Assembly (NCBI GenBank): GCA_002633005.1
Contig: NMRA01000582.1
Coordinates: 1 to 37,432, forward strand
Direction of reading: 5' to 3'
Source: Phoronis australis
Taxonomy: Eukaryota; Animalia; Phoronida
Length of the DNA: 37,432 nt
A program made the translations under genes and the position numbers. Below, in pieces: positions 1 through 12,062 of this stretch (the first letter of the stretch is position 1; each line of letters starts with the position of its first letter). The notes under the pieces were generated by a model. It did no database searches. It was not told the DNA's origin and was given only the letters and a program-made list of their open reading frames with translations.

Positions 1-88
1 AGTTATGTTGCTTTGATGGTTACTGCAAGTCATTCTGCAGTTAGAGTTATGTTGCTTTGATGGTTACTGCAAGTCACACTTTCAGTTA
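1..88. repeat. Tandem duplication, 44-bp unit, about 2 copies (may extend left of the window)
   Basis: agttatgttgctttgatggttactgcaagtca occurs at 1 and again at 45. Confidence 0.9.
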
Positions 89-441
89 ACAGAATTAACT
101 GTCAAGAGGAAGAAACATTATTTTGTTCGATTACTTTTGTCTTGCAGTGTACTCAAGTTAAATTTACTTGGTGTAAAATTTCCTTATAGCTCACTGTTCA
201 ACAAAGTGTCACAAATGTCAACTCAGTACTCCGCATGTGCAAATAGAACCAAGCCAGCTAGGATAGCTCCAGTTCATTATTTGGTTGAATTTGCCCAAAA
301 CTTGTTCAACATTTTTCAGTTTCCTGCTGAAGATTATTTGTTTTTGTTACAGTTATGACTGAAGAGCACCTGTTTCAAATTAGCTCAGCATGGCCTGTGG
401 AAGGTTAAATCCAATAGGTTGGTGGAAAGTGTTCACAAGAC

Positions 442-593
442 CTAGGTAGAGTTCAGTAGCATTAAGTACTTGCTAAAATCTCGCTAAAATCCCACGTTCT
501 CATTTAAAATACATGGCAATTGCGGGCAATATCTCACGTACTCTTGCGATGTCTTGATTTTAGCGGGTCCTAGCGTTACTGAATTCTACTCAG
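442..593. mobile_element. Short foldback MITE (~150 bp), unclassified
   Basis: Left end ctaggtagagttcagtagcattaagtacttgctaaaatc resembles the reverse complement of the right end (ctgagtagaattcagtaacgctaggacccgctaaaatc). Both sides are flanked by 'ac'. Confidence 0.7.
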
Positions 594-993
594 ACAGCCA
601 AAATGCAAAACTAAAAATAATGGTTTAAATATAGACTTGTTGACAACGACCGTAAAATACCCAGATAAAAAGAAAAACAAAGAATCGGGAAAATAAAAAG
701 TAATATTTAGGTAATAAAATTTCAATGTCAAAATTTAGAGTAGCAGGAATTTAGAACTAAATATCTGTGGCTAGAGCTCGCCATTATGAACAAAACAGAA
801 AACAGTAAAACACAGTCACATTAATTTGGACTTTTAACCAAGTGCTTGAGTATTTTCAGTGACAATTCTTCAACAATGACTCTACCGGGTCAACGAGCCA
901 AGACATCTGTAAACAAGAAGTTGTCATCAACAAGCAATCAGATGTCTAGGGTGGTTGACCAAGCAAAGTCGATGAAGTGCAACCAACAACGCG

Positions 994-1212
994 TTATTTG
1001 TCCACCTTCTGGGACTTCATAAAAGCACTATTTATCTCCAGGGCCTTCACTTAAGCATTATTTATCCATCCTCAGGGCTTTCAGTTAAGTCTTATTTATC
1101 CCTCCTCAGGGACGTCACATAACTGTTATTTATCCATCTTCAGGGCCTTCCCTCAAACATTTCCAATCTACTTTCAGGCCTTCACTAAAGTGTTATTTAT
1201 CCATCTTTAGGG
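994..1212. repeat. Degenerate ~33-35 bp tandem repeat (~7 copies) overlapping the ZNF330 stop codon and proximal 3' UTR
   Basis: Recurring unit approximately ttatttatccatcctcagggccttcacttaagca. The copy at 1193-1212 is the coding end of ZNF330. Confidence 0.8.
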
Positions 1213-1344
1213 CACTGACTTCCTCCCTCAGCTGTTCCATTTCCTCTTCATCCTCCTCTTCATACTCTGAGTCATCATCATCGCCTGGATCATAATCATC
1301 ATCGTCATCACTGTCAGAGTCGGCTCTTTCAACAACCCTCCCAC
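1193..1344 (-). CDS. ZNF330: ZNF330/NOA36 coding exon 8 (last), acidic tail: (G)GRVVERADSDSDDDDDYDPGDDDDSEYEEEDEEEMEQLREEVSALKMDK*
   Basis: Acceptor tatttag at 1345 (minus strand). Phase matches exon 7. The D/E-rich tail is as in NOA36 proteins. TAA at 1195-1193. Confidence 0.85.
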
Positions 1345-2858
1345 CTAAATAATACAGAGAATAATGGCACATTCGGGTTCATCACAATACTACACACACA
1401 CCAGCATAAAGGTTACTTAGGACCCTAAAATATGTCCATGAAATTTACCTCACTTAACACCAAGTTTGTAAACTTTGAACAGGGTCACACAGTTTCTCGT
1501 GAACTCTCCTACCAAATTTGTGGGCGCCACCTAGCGCATTAGTTTCAGTGAATCTTTCCCACTTGCCTTGTTAGTAATGGCCAACCAAATTCAAATGAAA
1601 CTTTCAAATACTATGCTTCTTGCGCTGTTCCCCAAAACACAGTAAGTGACTGTTTTTAAAATGCTTCACTAATATAAGGGAGAATCAAAATAAAACTTTT
1701 ATGATTTTTATGAAAGCAAATAAAAATTTGCATATAACAAAGACAAAACGAGAATTTAGCAAACTGTAACAGTGCTTTTGAGATTTCATCTTGAACATTT
1801 AAATCAAACAAAATTTGGTCACCTTAAGCAGCCATTCTCTTTTAAGCACCTTTCTCATTTTGCTAAATTCCACTAAAAAGGTCACATGGCCCAATCAAGG
1901 CAGATTGAAATACATTCTATAAGCCTATAGAATTTCCAATTTGCGAAAACAAATATTTTTACTGGGTTAAATTTATAGTTTTGTGGACATTTGGTTGAAT
2001 GCACACAGTTATCAATAAGGTCCTACAGGACCATAACACTTAGGAGTCGCTGAGAGTTGTGCAATCAATAAGGCCCTCCCCTCAGGCAATCTATAAGAAA
2101 CTGATCCAGTCTGAAGTTACCAAGGCAACACAAGTGCACAGTGTTTATAGGAGAATTTACAGCCAAAAGTATCGATTTATGAATTCAAACAGATTTAAGA
2201 TCATTTTCACATCTGTATGCATACATATTACATCTATATGCATACATATTTGTATTCTATAACTTATTTCTCGTAAAATTTAGCAAAAAAGAAAGGTTCA
2301 TTGATAGCAAAACGATGGTACCAGAACACAACCAAATTTTATTTGAGATAAATGTTAACATCTGTTAGTTTTCTAAATTACCATTTTGTTTTTGTTTTAA
2401 GCAACTTTTTATTGCTTTTCAAGAAAATCATAATTCCCATTTCATAGAATATCATGCAGAAGTGGAAAATTTGAACACAATTTCCAACAGCTTTTTAGGG
2501 AGCAGTGCAAAATGCATAGTAAATGAAAGTTTCACATTAATTCAATAGGCCATTTCTGAGATGTATTTGAATTTAACAAAGTTTGGCCATTTTTCTACGG
2601 CCCTAAACAACTTAAACTGGTCTTCCCCAGTTATATGCCAATGACAAGGAAACACACTCATTAAAAATATGGCAATTCCTTACAAAAGTAAATTTCAACT
2701 GCTTACATGAGATAAGATTTTTTTCCTCATGAAAGCATTTAAATTAACTAACTAGCACTGAATATTCAGTTATTTCAAATCTATAAGCGTGACACTTGTC
2801 TTAAAAAATAACCTTTCTGTCAGTACCCAGGTGTCACTACTGTCCTGTATGCACATAC

Positions 2859-2969
2859 CTCCAAATGAGAAGGAGGCTGCACCACTGGAGAAGTACTCCC
2901 CGCCCTGGGAGGCGTACATACTTTCATACTGGCCATCATCTTCACCCCGGCCAAACTTGTACTTACGGG
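2859..2969 (-). CDS. ZNF330: ZNF330 coding exon 7: (T)RKYKFGRGEDDGQYESMYASQGGEYFSSGAASFSFG
   Basis: Acceptor cacttgcag and donor GTATGT. The joined peptide SLSTRKYKFGR resembles vertebrate SMSTRSLKFGR. Confidence 0.88.
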
Positions 2970-3038
2970 CTGCAAGTGAAATCAGTTCGTTTGTTATACT
3001 ATCTGCACACAGACACCAATACTAGTAAGTAAATCTCT

Positions 3039-3317
3039 CAGGACCCTCACTCACCTGATGGGAAAGGAGCCTGTGCCTTCTGAGAGGGGATTTTTTAAGT
3101 TGAGGGAGCCCCCTTACCCCCTAACCCCCATCACCACAAATTCCACCCCCTGGTCGATGCCCCACAATGGTAATACCTCAAGTAACGACAACTAAATTTT
3201 GCAGAAGTGATTTTAACTTTGAGGAATTTTTGGGCCTGATGAGGGGAATTTCGTGTGATTTTTAAATGTTTCACAGGGCCGACATTCAACCCCAAAATTG
3301 AGGCATCGAGAGTCCTG
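3039..3317. mobile_element. Probable degenerate MITE with CAGG termini
   Basis: Left end caggaccctc; right end gagagtcctg (reverse complement caggactctc). Flanks are only imperfectly duplicated (atctct/atctac). Confidence 0.45.
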
Positions 3318-4320
3318 ATCTACACAGGAGTAGATTACTCTGAGGCTCGATTTGTGTCAGCATTGCTAAAAAGGTTTCAGTGGTGTCTGTGGTCACGTGA
3401 TCACTGAGGTTCTGAACAATACAGAAGGCCAAAAATAGAATAGCTGGTTTTGGTATGCACCTGTGGCATTCTGAAACCTGAGTATCACACCTAGCACCAG
3501 GTGGCGCTGGGTGAAAAAAGAAAAGAATCTCAATCCATTTCAGCTGTCATCAGGCTATTTTTTCTTTTTGATAGAACTCTAAATCACGATGTGGGAAATT
3601 GAAGCACTTTTAATAAGTCAGTCTGTAAATATTGCACATATCTAGAGAATCCTACACGAGTCTAAAGTTTATGACATGGAAAAAACCTCTTGGAAATTTC
3701 GTCACAATCCCGAGGCTTGTGTAGGATTTGTTTTCTCACATGAACTGTAAAAATGATCATTTTTGCTGAAAAACTCTACATGAACCTTTCACCGACAAAA
3801 ATTGGGAGGACTAAAAAAAAAATGATACCGTACGTCTGCGTCTTTTTAGCTCATCCGTCCACTCCCACCCCCACACATTTTTGGCTGCAGAGCCGTAGTA
3901 TTTATCACCGCGGTTTACAATCACACAAGACGCCATTGAAAATCCCACAACGCTATCCAAGCCGCCCCGGCAATGTTGACAATTTACTTTCCTCCGAAAC
4001 ATAAAGAGCAACTTCCACTTTTCGAGGTGAATGTTGTCGGCAACACCGGGGTAAGAAAGGAATTTGCTGCGGAAATTTTATATCAAATCCGATTTTTTTA
4101 CGCAGAAATATAATAAAATGCGCGGACAGAACATTTGAAAAAAGCGGAAATCCGCGTTTCTGCGGAAAATTCCAAGCCTTGACTACTTTGTGATTTGCCC
4201 AAGTGATATCAAAAAAATTATGTACTTGATGTTATTAACCAGTCGTGTCGTAACACATTCCAGGTCATGTGAGAAAATCAACAAGAACCATTAGAACAGT
4301 ATAAAAGCAACTAAAGATTA

Positions 4321-4601
4321 CGGTAAAAATTCTCAAATTTGGAAATCTATAAAATTTGGGAATCGGAAACTCCTACAAAAATTGATTTTTTTGATTCCAT
4401 AATTTGGGACGAGGGCACTTTGGCATTCAACAAATTTCTCAAATTTCGTGTTTTCAATCTACAAACTGAATAATTTTGCCATTTTTGGAGATTCTTGAAT
4501 TCGGGACAACCAATGTTACCCATTGCTATAATTTCGGACAAGTTCCGACCTTTAGCAAAATACATAATTTTTCATGGTCCCAAATTGGAGAATTTTTACC
4601 G
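4321..4601. mobile_element. MITE with ~22-bp terminal inverted repeats, possibly Tc1/mariner-pogo-like
   Basis: cggtaaaaattctcaaatttgg ... ccaaattggagaatttttaccg. Internal sub-repeats of aatt(t/c)gggac type. Left flank is TA; right flank is GA. Confidence 0.75.
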
Positions 4602-4639
4602 GAATAATTTGTAAACAACGAATAAAATATATTACGAAC

Positions 4640-4804
4640 TTGATAAACTCATTTCTTTAGTCTCATTTGTTTCAAAGCCACATTTAGGGCAGGGTAGTGG
4701 CTGGCCCTTCGCGTACTTGACTCCCTTCTTACGAACATGATCGTCACAGAAACACAGTTTACACCGTAGACAAGAGAACTGACCAAGCTTGTTACATGAC
4801 AAAC
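4640..4804 (-). CDS. ZNF330: ZNF330 coding exon 6: (C)LSCNKLGQFSCLRCKLCFCDDHVRKKGVKYAKGQPLPCPKCGFETNETKEMSLS
   Basis: Acceptor tttacag and donor GTTCGT. CxxC motifs closely match NOA36. Confidence 0.95.
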
Positions 4805-5138
4805 CTGTAAATAAGCAAAACAACATCTGACATTCTATCAACTTATTCTTACATGACCTGTTATGATGGACGCCTACTATGACAGTCAATTCTGTTTTCA
4901 TGTAACCGTTATTGCCCGATATTCTGTTAGCATCCGTCCAAATGCGGAGTAACAGGTAACTTTGCCCGCTTTCATTTGGTTTATACTGCAGTAAGCCTTT
5001 AAACAATATAAAAATGACAATTTAGGCAACTGTTTTTTTTTTGAAGCTGAAGATACTTCAGCCAATTCCTACAGGCAACATTTCAGAACCGAACATTGCG
5101 ACGTAACTTGACCAGGCACAGTCTGAGCCAGGTCCTCA

Positions 5139-5276
<138 letters not shown>

Positions 5277-5671
5277 TTAAAAAGAAAATAAGTTGGGTGA
5301 TAACTATCGGCTATAATTTCCTCTAAAAATATTAAAGTCACACAAAATTCCCGTAAGTAGACCAGAAAATCTGTGTCTAACATCAAAAATTACCATGTTA
5401 GTTACAACCAAGTCACTGTAAAACTAAGCCAGAAAGGGATTAGTTACTGCAACGTTCAGTCTTATGATGCCCCACTGTTTTTACCAAGGAGTTATATCCG
5501 CATTTGGGACAAAAATCAAATCAGTTTTGACTTACAAATAATTATTCCACACCCCCACATTCACTGCAGATAAATCCTGTTACAACAAACTCTTCCAGTT
5601 GTCTTGGGCCATGTAGAACGGAACGTTATGAACAAGCCACAAAGTAGCAGTTTCACTACACTTCATACCAA

Positions 5672-5915
5672 CCACATGTAATCGCTGTGTGGTCGCAAAA
5701 GTGGGGAAGGGCGGAAGTAATTACCAGCTGCAGTTACATACAGATGGGTTTTCTCTTACGAGTGGTATTCACATTATGTGTTCATTGTCATGCACAGAAC
5801 GACAACTTCCACCTTACCGTAGTTATCGGATATGTGTGCGTAGACGCTCCACTCAAAAGTGGGTAAGTTCTGCTAGTGCAAGTTGTTCTAGGGTAAGCTG
5901 TGTGCGGATGAGATT
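5672..5915 (+). mobile_element. Truncated copy of MITE family A (other copies at 14629-15048 and 29153-29501)
   Basis: Shares the blocks aaaagtggg..ggaagtaatt, acatacaga(t/c)ggg, ttcattgtca and ttgttctagggta(a/g)gctgtgtg..gatg with the other copies. Confidence 0.85.
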
Positions 5916-6074
5916 TAACTCTTAAAGCATTAAACGAACTTTGCCAGCCAATACATATTGATTCCCAAAGTGAAAATCGGCATTAAAAAGTTGATGTCAT
6001 CCCTGTGAACTATGAAATCAAGTTCAGAACGACAATGTTCGTTTCCACAGAAGGAAAAGGTGACCACAGTACAC

Positions 6075-6506
<432 letters not shown>

Positions 6507-6902
6507 TTAATAATGAATCATCACACAAGAAGAAAATTTAACGCTGGGGACAAGATATGAGTACGCCGATCAAATATCTTATGATACACTAAATGAAGTT
6601 TAAGACACAGACACTACAATCAGCTACAAAATGACACTCGGTAGTTTTAGTTTTCTTAAAGTTAAAAGTAATATAAATCCGCATTCAGGTAAAGAAACTT
6701 CAGACAACTTACTGCTACAAAATGATTTCAAAATATTCTTTACTCAGCTGGGTTTCTAGGATTAAACGGAATCAACAGCCAGTAATGGCTTGAAACAGTG
6801 CGCATCACATAAAATGAGCCGCCGCGACAAGCCAACCCAATGAGCCCGATCTCAAGAAATAATAAATTGAAGTACATTCCAAACCCTGAAATCACCTTTA
6901 AT

Positions 6903-7322
6903 TTAAGGAAACCAACTTCAGAACTATAACTGAAGTGCAGTGTAACGGGGCATAGAATTTCTATTAAAATCCATCTCTTTTAAATGGGTATAATTACTTT
7001 TATTACTAAAAAGGATAGACTTCATAAAGTTTTTAGCTTTATCCAGAGCTATAAAATAACAAAATCCATGGCCATTTTGTGACTTTATTACAAATCGCCC
7101 ATTCTCGTCATTAACTGCCAGCTGAAATCACCAATTAAATATCAATAAAATATTGCCATTGACCAATTGGGGATTTGCTCCACCAGAAGTGGTAATGTTT
7201 TGGATTTGATGAGACAAGAAGGATGATCTTTAGTTAGAAAATCACTTTTCTCGCCGATAATATTACTTTAACATATACTTTTGTTCTTTAAGGTCCTGTA
7301 CACTCAGAAGTAGGCACCTTTA
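6903..7322. mobile_element. Possible decayed TTAA-type (Kolobok-like) non-autonomous element
   Basis: ttaaggaaaccaacttc ... gaagtaggcaccttta form imperfect inverted termini. Confidence 0.35.
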
Positions 7323-7380
7323 CAAAACAAAAAATCTCAAGCTATCCAAATGGTTGATCCTCTCACAAATTCATGGATCA

Positions 7381-7584
<204 letters not shown>

Positions 7585-7591
7585 TCAGGAG

Positions 7592-7657
7592 AATACACTA
7601 GACACCAGTACAGAATAGATTTACAATACACTAGACACCAGTACAGTACAGACTGAC
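7592..7657. repeat. 33-bp tandem duplication
   Basis: aatacactagacaccagtacag at 7592 and 7625. Confidence 0.85.
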
Positions 7658-8195
7658 GATGAAAAGAGAAGGAAAGAAAATTAGAAGCATTAGGTAATGT
7701 TAACAACAAATGAAAATGTTAAACATTTGCACAAGACCGCGAGTGCTTCACAGTTAACGAGAAATTTTGTGATGGGATAATTGAAGCATTCCTCGAATGG
7801 ATTTTGTTACTTCGGATGTACTGAATTATACAGAGTACTAGCGATGCTATGGCAACGCAAGAAAACGCACAAATAAACACAAAAATGTCTTCACCATACA
7901 ATGCAAGATAACAGCACATTAGGCAATAGAGGAATTTTGAACATTCACCCCGAGCCCGTGGTAGCAGTATATAATTATGTGTTGCGAGTACCATACTATA
8001 TTGAATAAAACACCAATGTGTGCTGATGTTGTGTGTAGTTTTGTCCTGTCGTGATGTAGGCAAAAATCAGGCAATAAGTCTAACTTAGTGTGGACAGAAC
8101 GTTGCTTTTAACATACCGTTCAAACTAAATTTAGAAGTGTTACCATTCAAGGAAGGCTTTAAAGTCTAACTTGTTGTCTTGTTAATTTTCACTCA

Positions 8196-8456
<261 letters not shown>

Positions 8457-8825
8457 TCATTGACAGCCCCATCCTAAACACTTTTTATTTGGAAGAATTA
8501 TGTAATTGTTACCCTCGATGGCACAAACTTGTAGCTGAGTTATTAAACTGAGCAAGTACTATTCAGAGTTAGGGGAGTGGAACCTTCCTTGTGAACACAT
8601 TGCTTGTGGGCCAAAAAATGTATTTTATCGTGGACCATAAATCTGATACTATTTTTCTTTCAACCATTTTGCAAGCTAAGACACAAGACACCAGAGCAGC
8701 CTTTAACATGAGATGATCATTTGCCACAAGCAAATATCCTGCCCTTCAATCTTTGATTTTATGATGAAGGCAACCCTTTCTCACCATGGAAATAAGGTTC
8801 AGATTATTTTCCTGTGGTATACAAG

Positions 8826-9308
8826 CAGGCCTTTATCCAGGATTTTGAAAATAGGGTTCCAAAATGGGGTTCCCAATATTCCAGGGCGTCCATGATTCTG
8901 ACGGGTAACCCCCCACCCCCAGCAATACCCCCAAACACACAGATTTTTTTTACAAAAAATGCATAGATCAAGGTTTTTACATTTAAGTTTATAAAAGAGC
9001 CTTCTATGGTGAGAATTTTCACTAAAAAAACTGTGTAGACCAAGACTTTTACAATGCTGTCAATCAAGTGTCAAAATAGCAACAATGCATATACTTTGTA
9101 TATACATTGTATATTTCTTCCTGCTTTGAAAAGAGCCCCCACTGTGAGCCTTCAGAGGCTTCCTAGTATTCATTACAATGTGTGTGTCCAAACTTGAAAG
9201 GTTCCTATTGAGAGTGGGCGTCCAAATGATATATTGGGCATGGTCCAGTCCAGATTAGTGCTAGGGCGGCCATTTGGATGCCCAGGACATACCCTGCATA
9301 AAGGCCTG
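8826..9308. mobile_element. hAT-superfamily non-autonomous element (483 bp)
   Basis: Inverted termini caggcctttatccagg / cctgcataaaggcctg. Perfect 8-bp target-site duplication tatacaag at 8818-8825 and 9309-9316. Confidence 0.9.
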
Positions 9309-10362
9309 TATACAAGTAATAGCCAAGTCACTCCACAGATGATGGGCAACAGTATTTCAATTCTTTGGTGGTGATTGTCTTTAGAGCAGGACGTCAGGCT
9401 TTCAAAAATGATCTGGGTGACCAAATACAACAACAAGAAATGGTTTTACTTAAACCACGATTAGATGACAATTGGTTCGACGGGCATATTTTGGAATAGA
9501 CATCAAATAGAGGATTAAAAAATACTAAAAAATTCATTGGCTACCATTTTGGAGTCGGATTATAAACAATAACAAACCACTGTATGAGGCACTACCAATA
9601 TTCCTTAGGGTATGTCCAAAGGGCAACTACTCTTTGCTTGAATGGTTTAGGATGCCTGAACATGATGCAGATGGTTCTGTTCCTGGCTAGACCAAAAGAT
9701 CTACCAACACTAGTGGAATGTAACCATCCCTGATTTGGAGAACCAGTTTCATCCGCTGAATAGTAGGCTAGTCATTGACTGGACCTTCTCAAATAAGGGA
9801 CAGCCACATTTGACTAGCATTAACCTAGACAAGTTTTTCAACATAGACGCCGACAGCATAATGCAAACCAGCCATAATGTAGTCTTCGGAACCAAGTTCA
9901 TGGACTATGAACTGGACAAGATATTTTAAAGATTCAAATAAGCTGCAGTCTTGAAATCAAATGATCAAAAGAGCAAAAACAAAACAAACGTCTTGGTTAG
10001 TTTTCATTGTATTTCTTTGGGGTAGAAAAAAGTGGAGTTGGAATTCTTCGCCAAAGTTACCTTAATTGTCGTAGTTGAAGACATGTGTAGAAGTAGAAAG
10101 GAACAATCATCAATGAAGTGAAGAATCCCTTTTTAAAGTCATATACAGTTTTAAGTGTAGAATGTATTTTTGACGAGGTGAAAACTCTCAATCGGTGACC
10201 GGATTTGGCCTACCACCCATTTAAATTAGACGGGACAAAATTCATACAGAAAGCGATGGGAAGTATTGTAGACCCTAACCGGCCAACCGAGGGTTGCCTA
10301 CCCTACCGACTGCCTGACTGCGACTGGTTTTCGTATACCGGCGTATCGGACGTTTTATTTAC

Positions 10363-10482
10363 CATTGTATAGTTACAAGGACGTTCCGTTAAAGGTCTAG
10401 TCGTGACAGCGTTTCGAATCTCCCTTTGTCTTTCTTTCTGTTTTTCGGCCTTTTTCCGTTGTCCAGTTTTCTTTTTCGGCAT
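10363..10482 (-). CDS. ZNF330: ZNF330 coding exon 1: MPKKKTGQRKKAEKQKERQREIRNAVTTRPLTERPCNYTM
   Basis: ATG at 10482 in an AAA-ATG context. The basic N-terminus MPKKKTGxRKKAE is typical of NOA36. Donor GTAAAT, phase 0. Confidence 0.96.
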
Positions 10483-10812
10483 TTTCCTCTTCTGAACTTG
10501 CGTAGGTGGCAAAATGAGCACAGCGTGTTTACCGGAAATACTGTTAACATTATTAGAAGAAACTATATTTCGATTCTAAAAAGAAAGATAAATTGCAGAA
10601 TAAGATATAAATAGTGTCTTTTAGATATTAAAAAATATTTCAATATACATATATATATATCAATTATATCACAAATCATTGCGGTTGATAGAAATTGATT
10701 CGAAATATATCGTACTTTCGAATTATTCCGTGTTCCGGTGCCGTACCCGAAAGGAAACATGTAAATTCTGTCTGACAAAACTTATTTAAAAGTCCATAAC
10801 CATTTATTTAAA
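10483..10812. promoter_or_regulatory. Putative shared bidirectional promoter plus both 5' UTRs
   Basis: 330 bp between divergent ATGs. AT-rich core with a short (AT)n run. CCGGAA at 10532-10537 (+) and 10733-10738 (-). Locally frequent CpG. Transcription start sites are not observable. Confidence 0.7.
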
Positions 10813-10966
10813 ATGGGTTTGGCGACGTTAGAATTTAGTGATTGTATAACTGACAGCCCTTACTTTCGGGATAAGTTGCATCAACATGAAAAGGAGATTG
10901 AAAGGACGAGTAAAGCCATCAAAAGTTTGATCGCTCAAGGAAAGGAGTTATTGCAAGCTGCCAGAA
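10813..10966 (+). CDS. GRAF/oligophrenin-family RhoGAP (ARHGAP26/10/42/OPHN1-like) coding exon 1: MGLATLEFSDCITDSPYFRDKLHQHEKEIERTSKAIKSLIAQGKELLQAAR
   Basis: The MGLxxLEFSDCxxDSPxFR N-terminus is characteristic of the GRAF BAR domain. Donor A|GTAGGT, phase 1. Confidence 0.96.
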
Positions 10967-11583
10967 GTAGGTGGAGTGTTAAATTCCTGCATACCATAAC
11001 AGAGTTCTTGTAAAAGTCTGATGCAGCCCATTTTCAAAAAACTTTGAATTGTTCAGGGAAGAATTTAAATTTGTTTAATCTAACAAATGAGCATAAGACA
11101 TTGACTGTGACTACTCGGTTTCTTTGTGACATTGAATATTGAACCCAAGGCCAAGATCAATTGAATACTTTTGTCTTATTCACTGTCACTTTCATTGCTG
11201 TTGACACTAGCTTCTTCATCGTCCTTTTAAATTCTTGTTTAGAGTTGTTAATCTTTTCTTAGACATTGCCTCTAGCTTATTCCATTGGAGACGATGACAC
11301 ATCTCCTGCAATATAGGTAGCATTTTTGCTGCACTAGTATGAGAGTAACCCTCCTGGCAGTAAAGTGTCAAACTAACTATAATCCTCTTAGTGGCCACGA
11401 TTACCATTGTTGAATGTTATCAATCTTGGATATTAAGGCACTGCAACCTTGGTCTGGTTCAAATGTTTCATCTTGCATGCGTTTCGTAGAGGCGGGAACC
11501 TTGCAAAAACTCAGGAACGGAAAAGTTCATGAGATATCACCATGCTTTTGTATCATAAGTGGAACATGATCACACCAGCTTCC

Positions 11584-12062
11584 TTAAGGGAACTCTACCT
11601 TTAGGTAAAAAATAAATATCAGTGTTGTTCACAACAGAAAATTCAAACTTGTATTAAGCCTAACTTGTCATGGCAAAATTCAAAATCGACGCAGTGACGA
11701 GTCGAAACAGGTTGTGGTTATCATCACAGTACTGTTTTTTTCTGACTTTTTGTAATGTCCAAAACAGCTAATAGCTTCTGTGTACTGTGTGGGGAGTAAC
11801 CACTGAAAATACTGGTCGAATAGAACTTCCGAATTAAGCTAGATTATCACTTCATCAATTTTTAATCATGATTTCAACATGTTCAGGATACATGTAGAAG
11901 TTGTTTTGTGGCGTCCAATTTTACAATAACCATTACTCATTCTTTATGTGTTGTACTTTCAATTTAGGTTTTTTTTCTGAGTCTCGAGATCATTCAGTGA
12001 CATCAAAATTGAAGGGGACATCTACCGACAATTTCTGTCAATTTGTAAAGGTAGGAAATCCT
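11584..12062. mobile_element. Possible TTAA-type (Kolobok-like) non-autonomous element
   Basis: ttaagggaactctaccttta ... taaaggtaggaaatcct form imperfect inverted termini. The right TTAA is not intact. Confidence 0.45.

Noticed and set aside
3700-4181. Transposon ending in gcggaaaattccaagccttg with repeated gcggaaa motifs
   Set aside because: It is probably a MITE remnant, but I could not define a matching left terminus or target-site duplication.
10483-10521. N-terminal extension of ZNF330 suggested by the ORF track
   Set aside because: It begins at a non-ATG codon. The conserved start MPKKKTG is at 10482.
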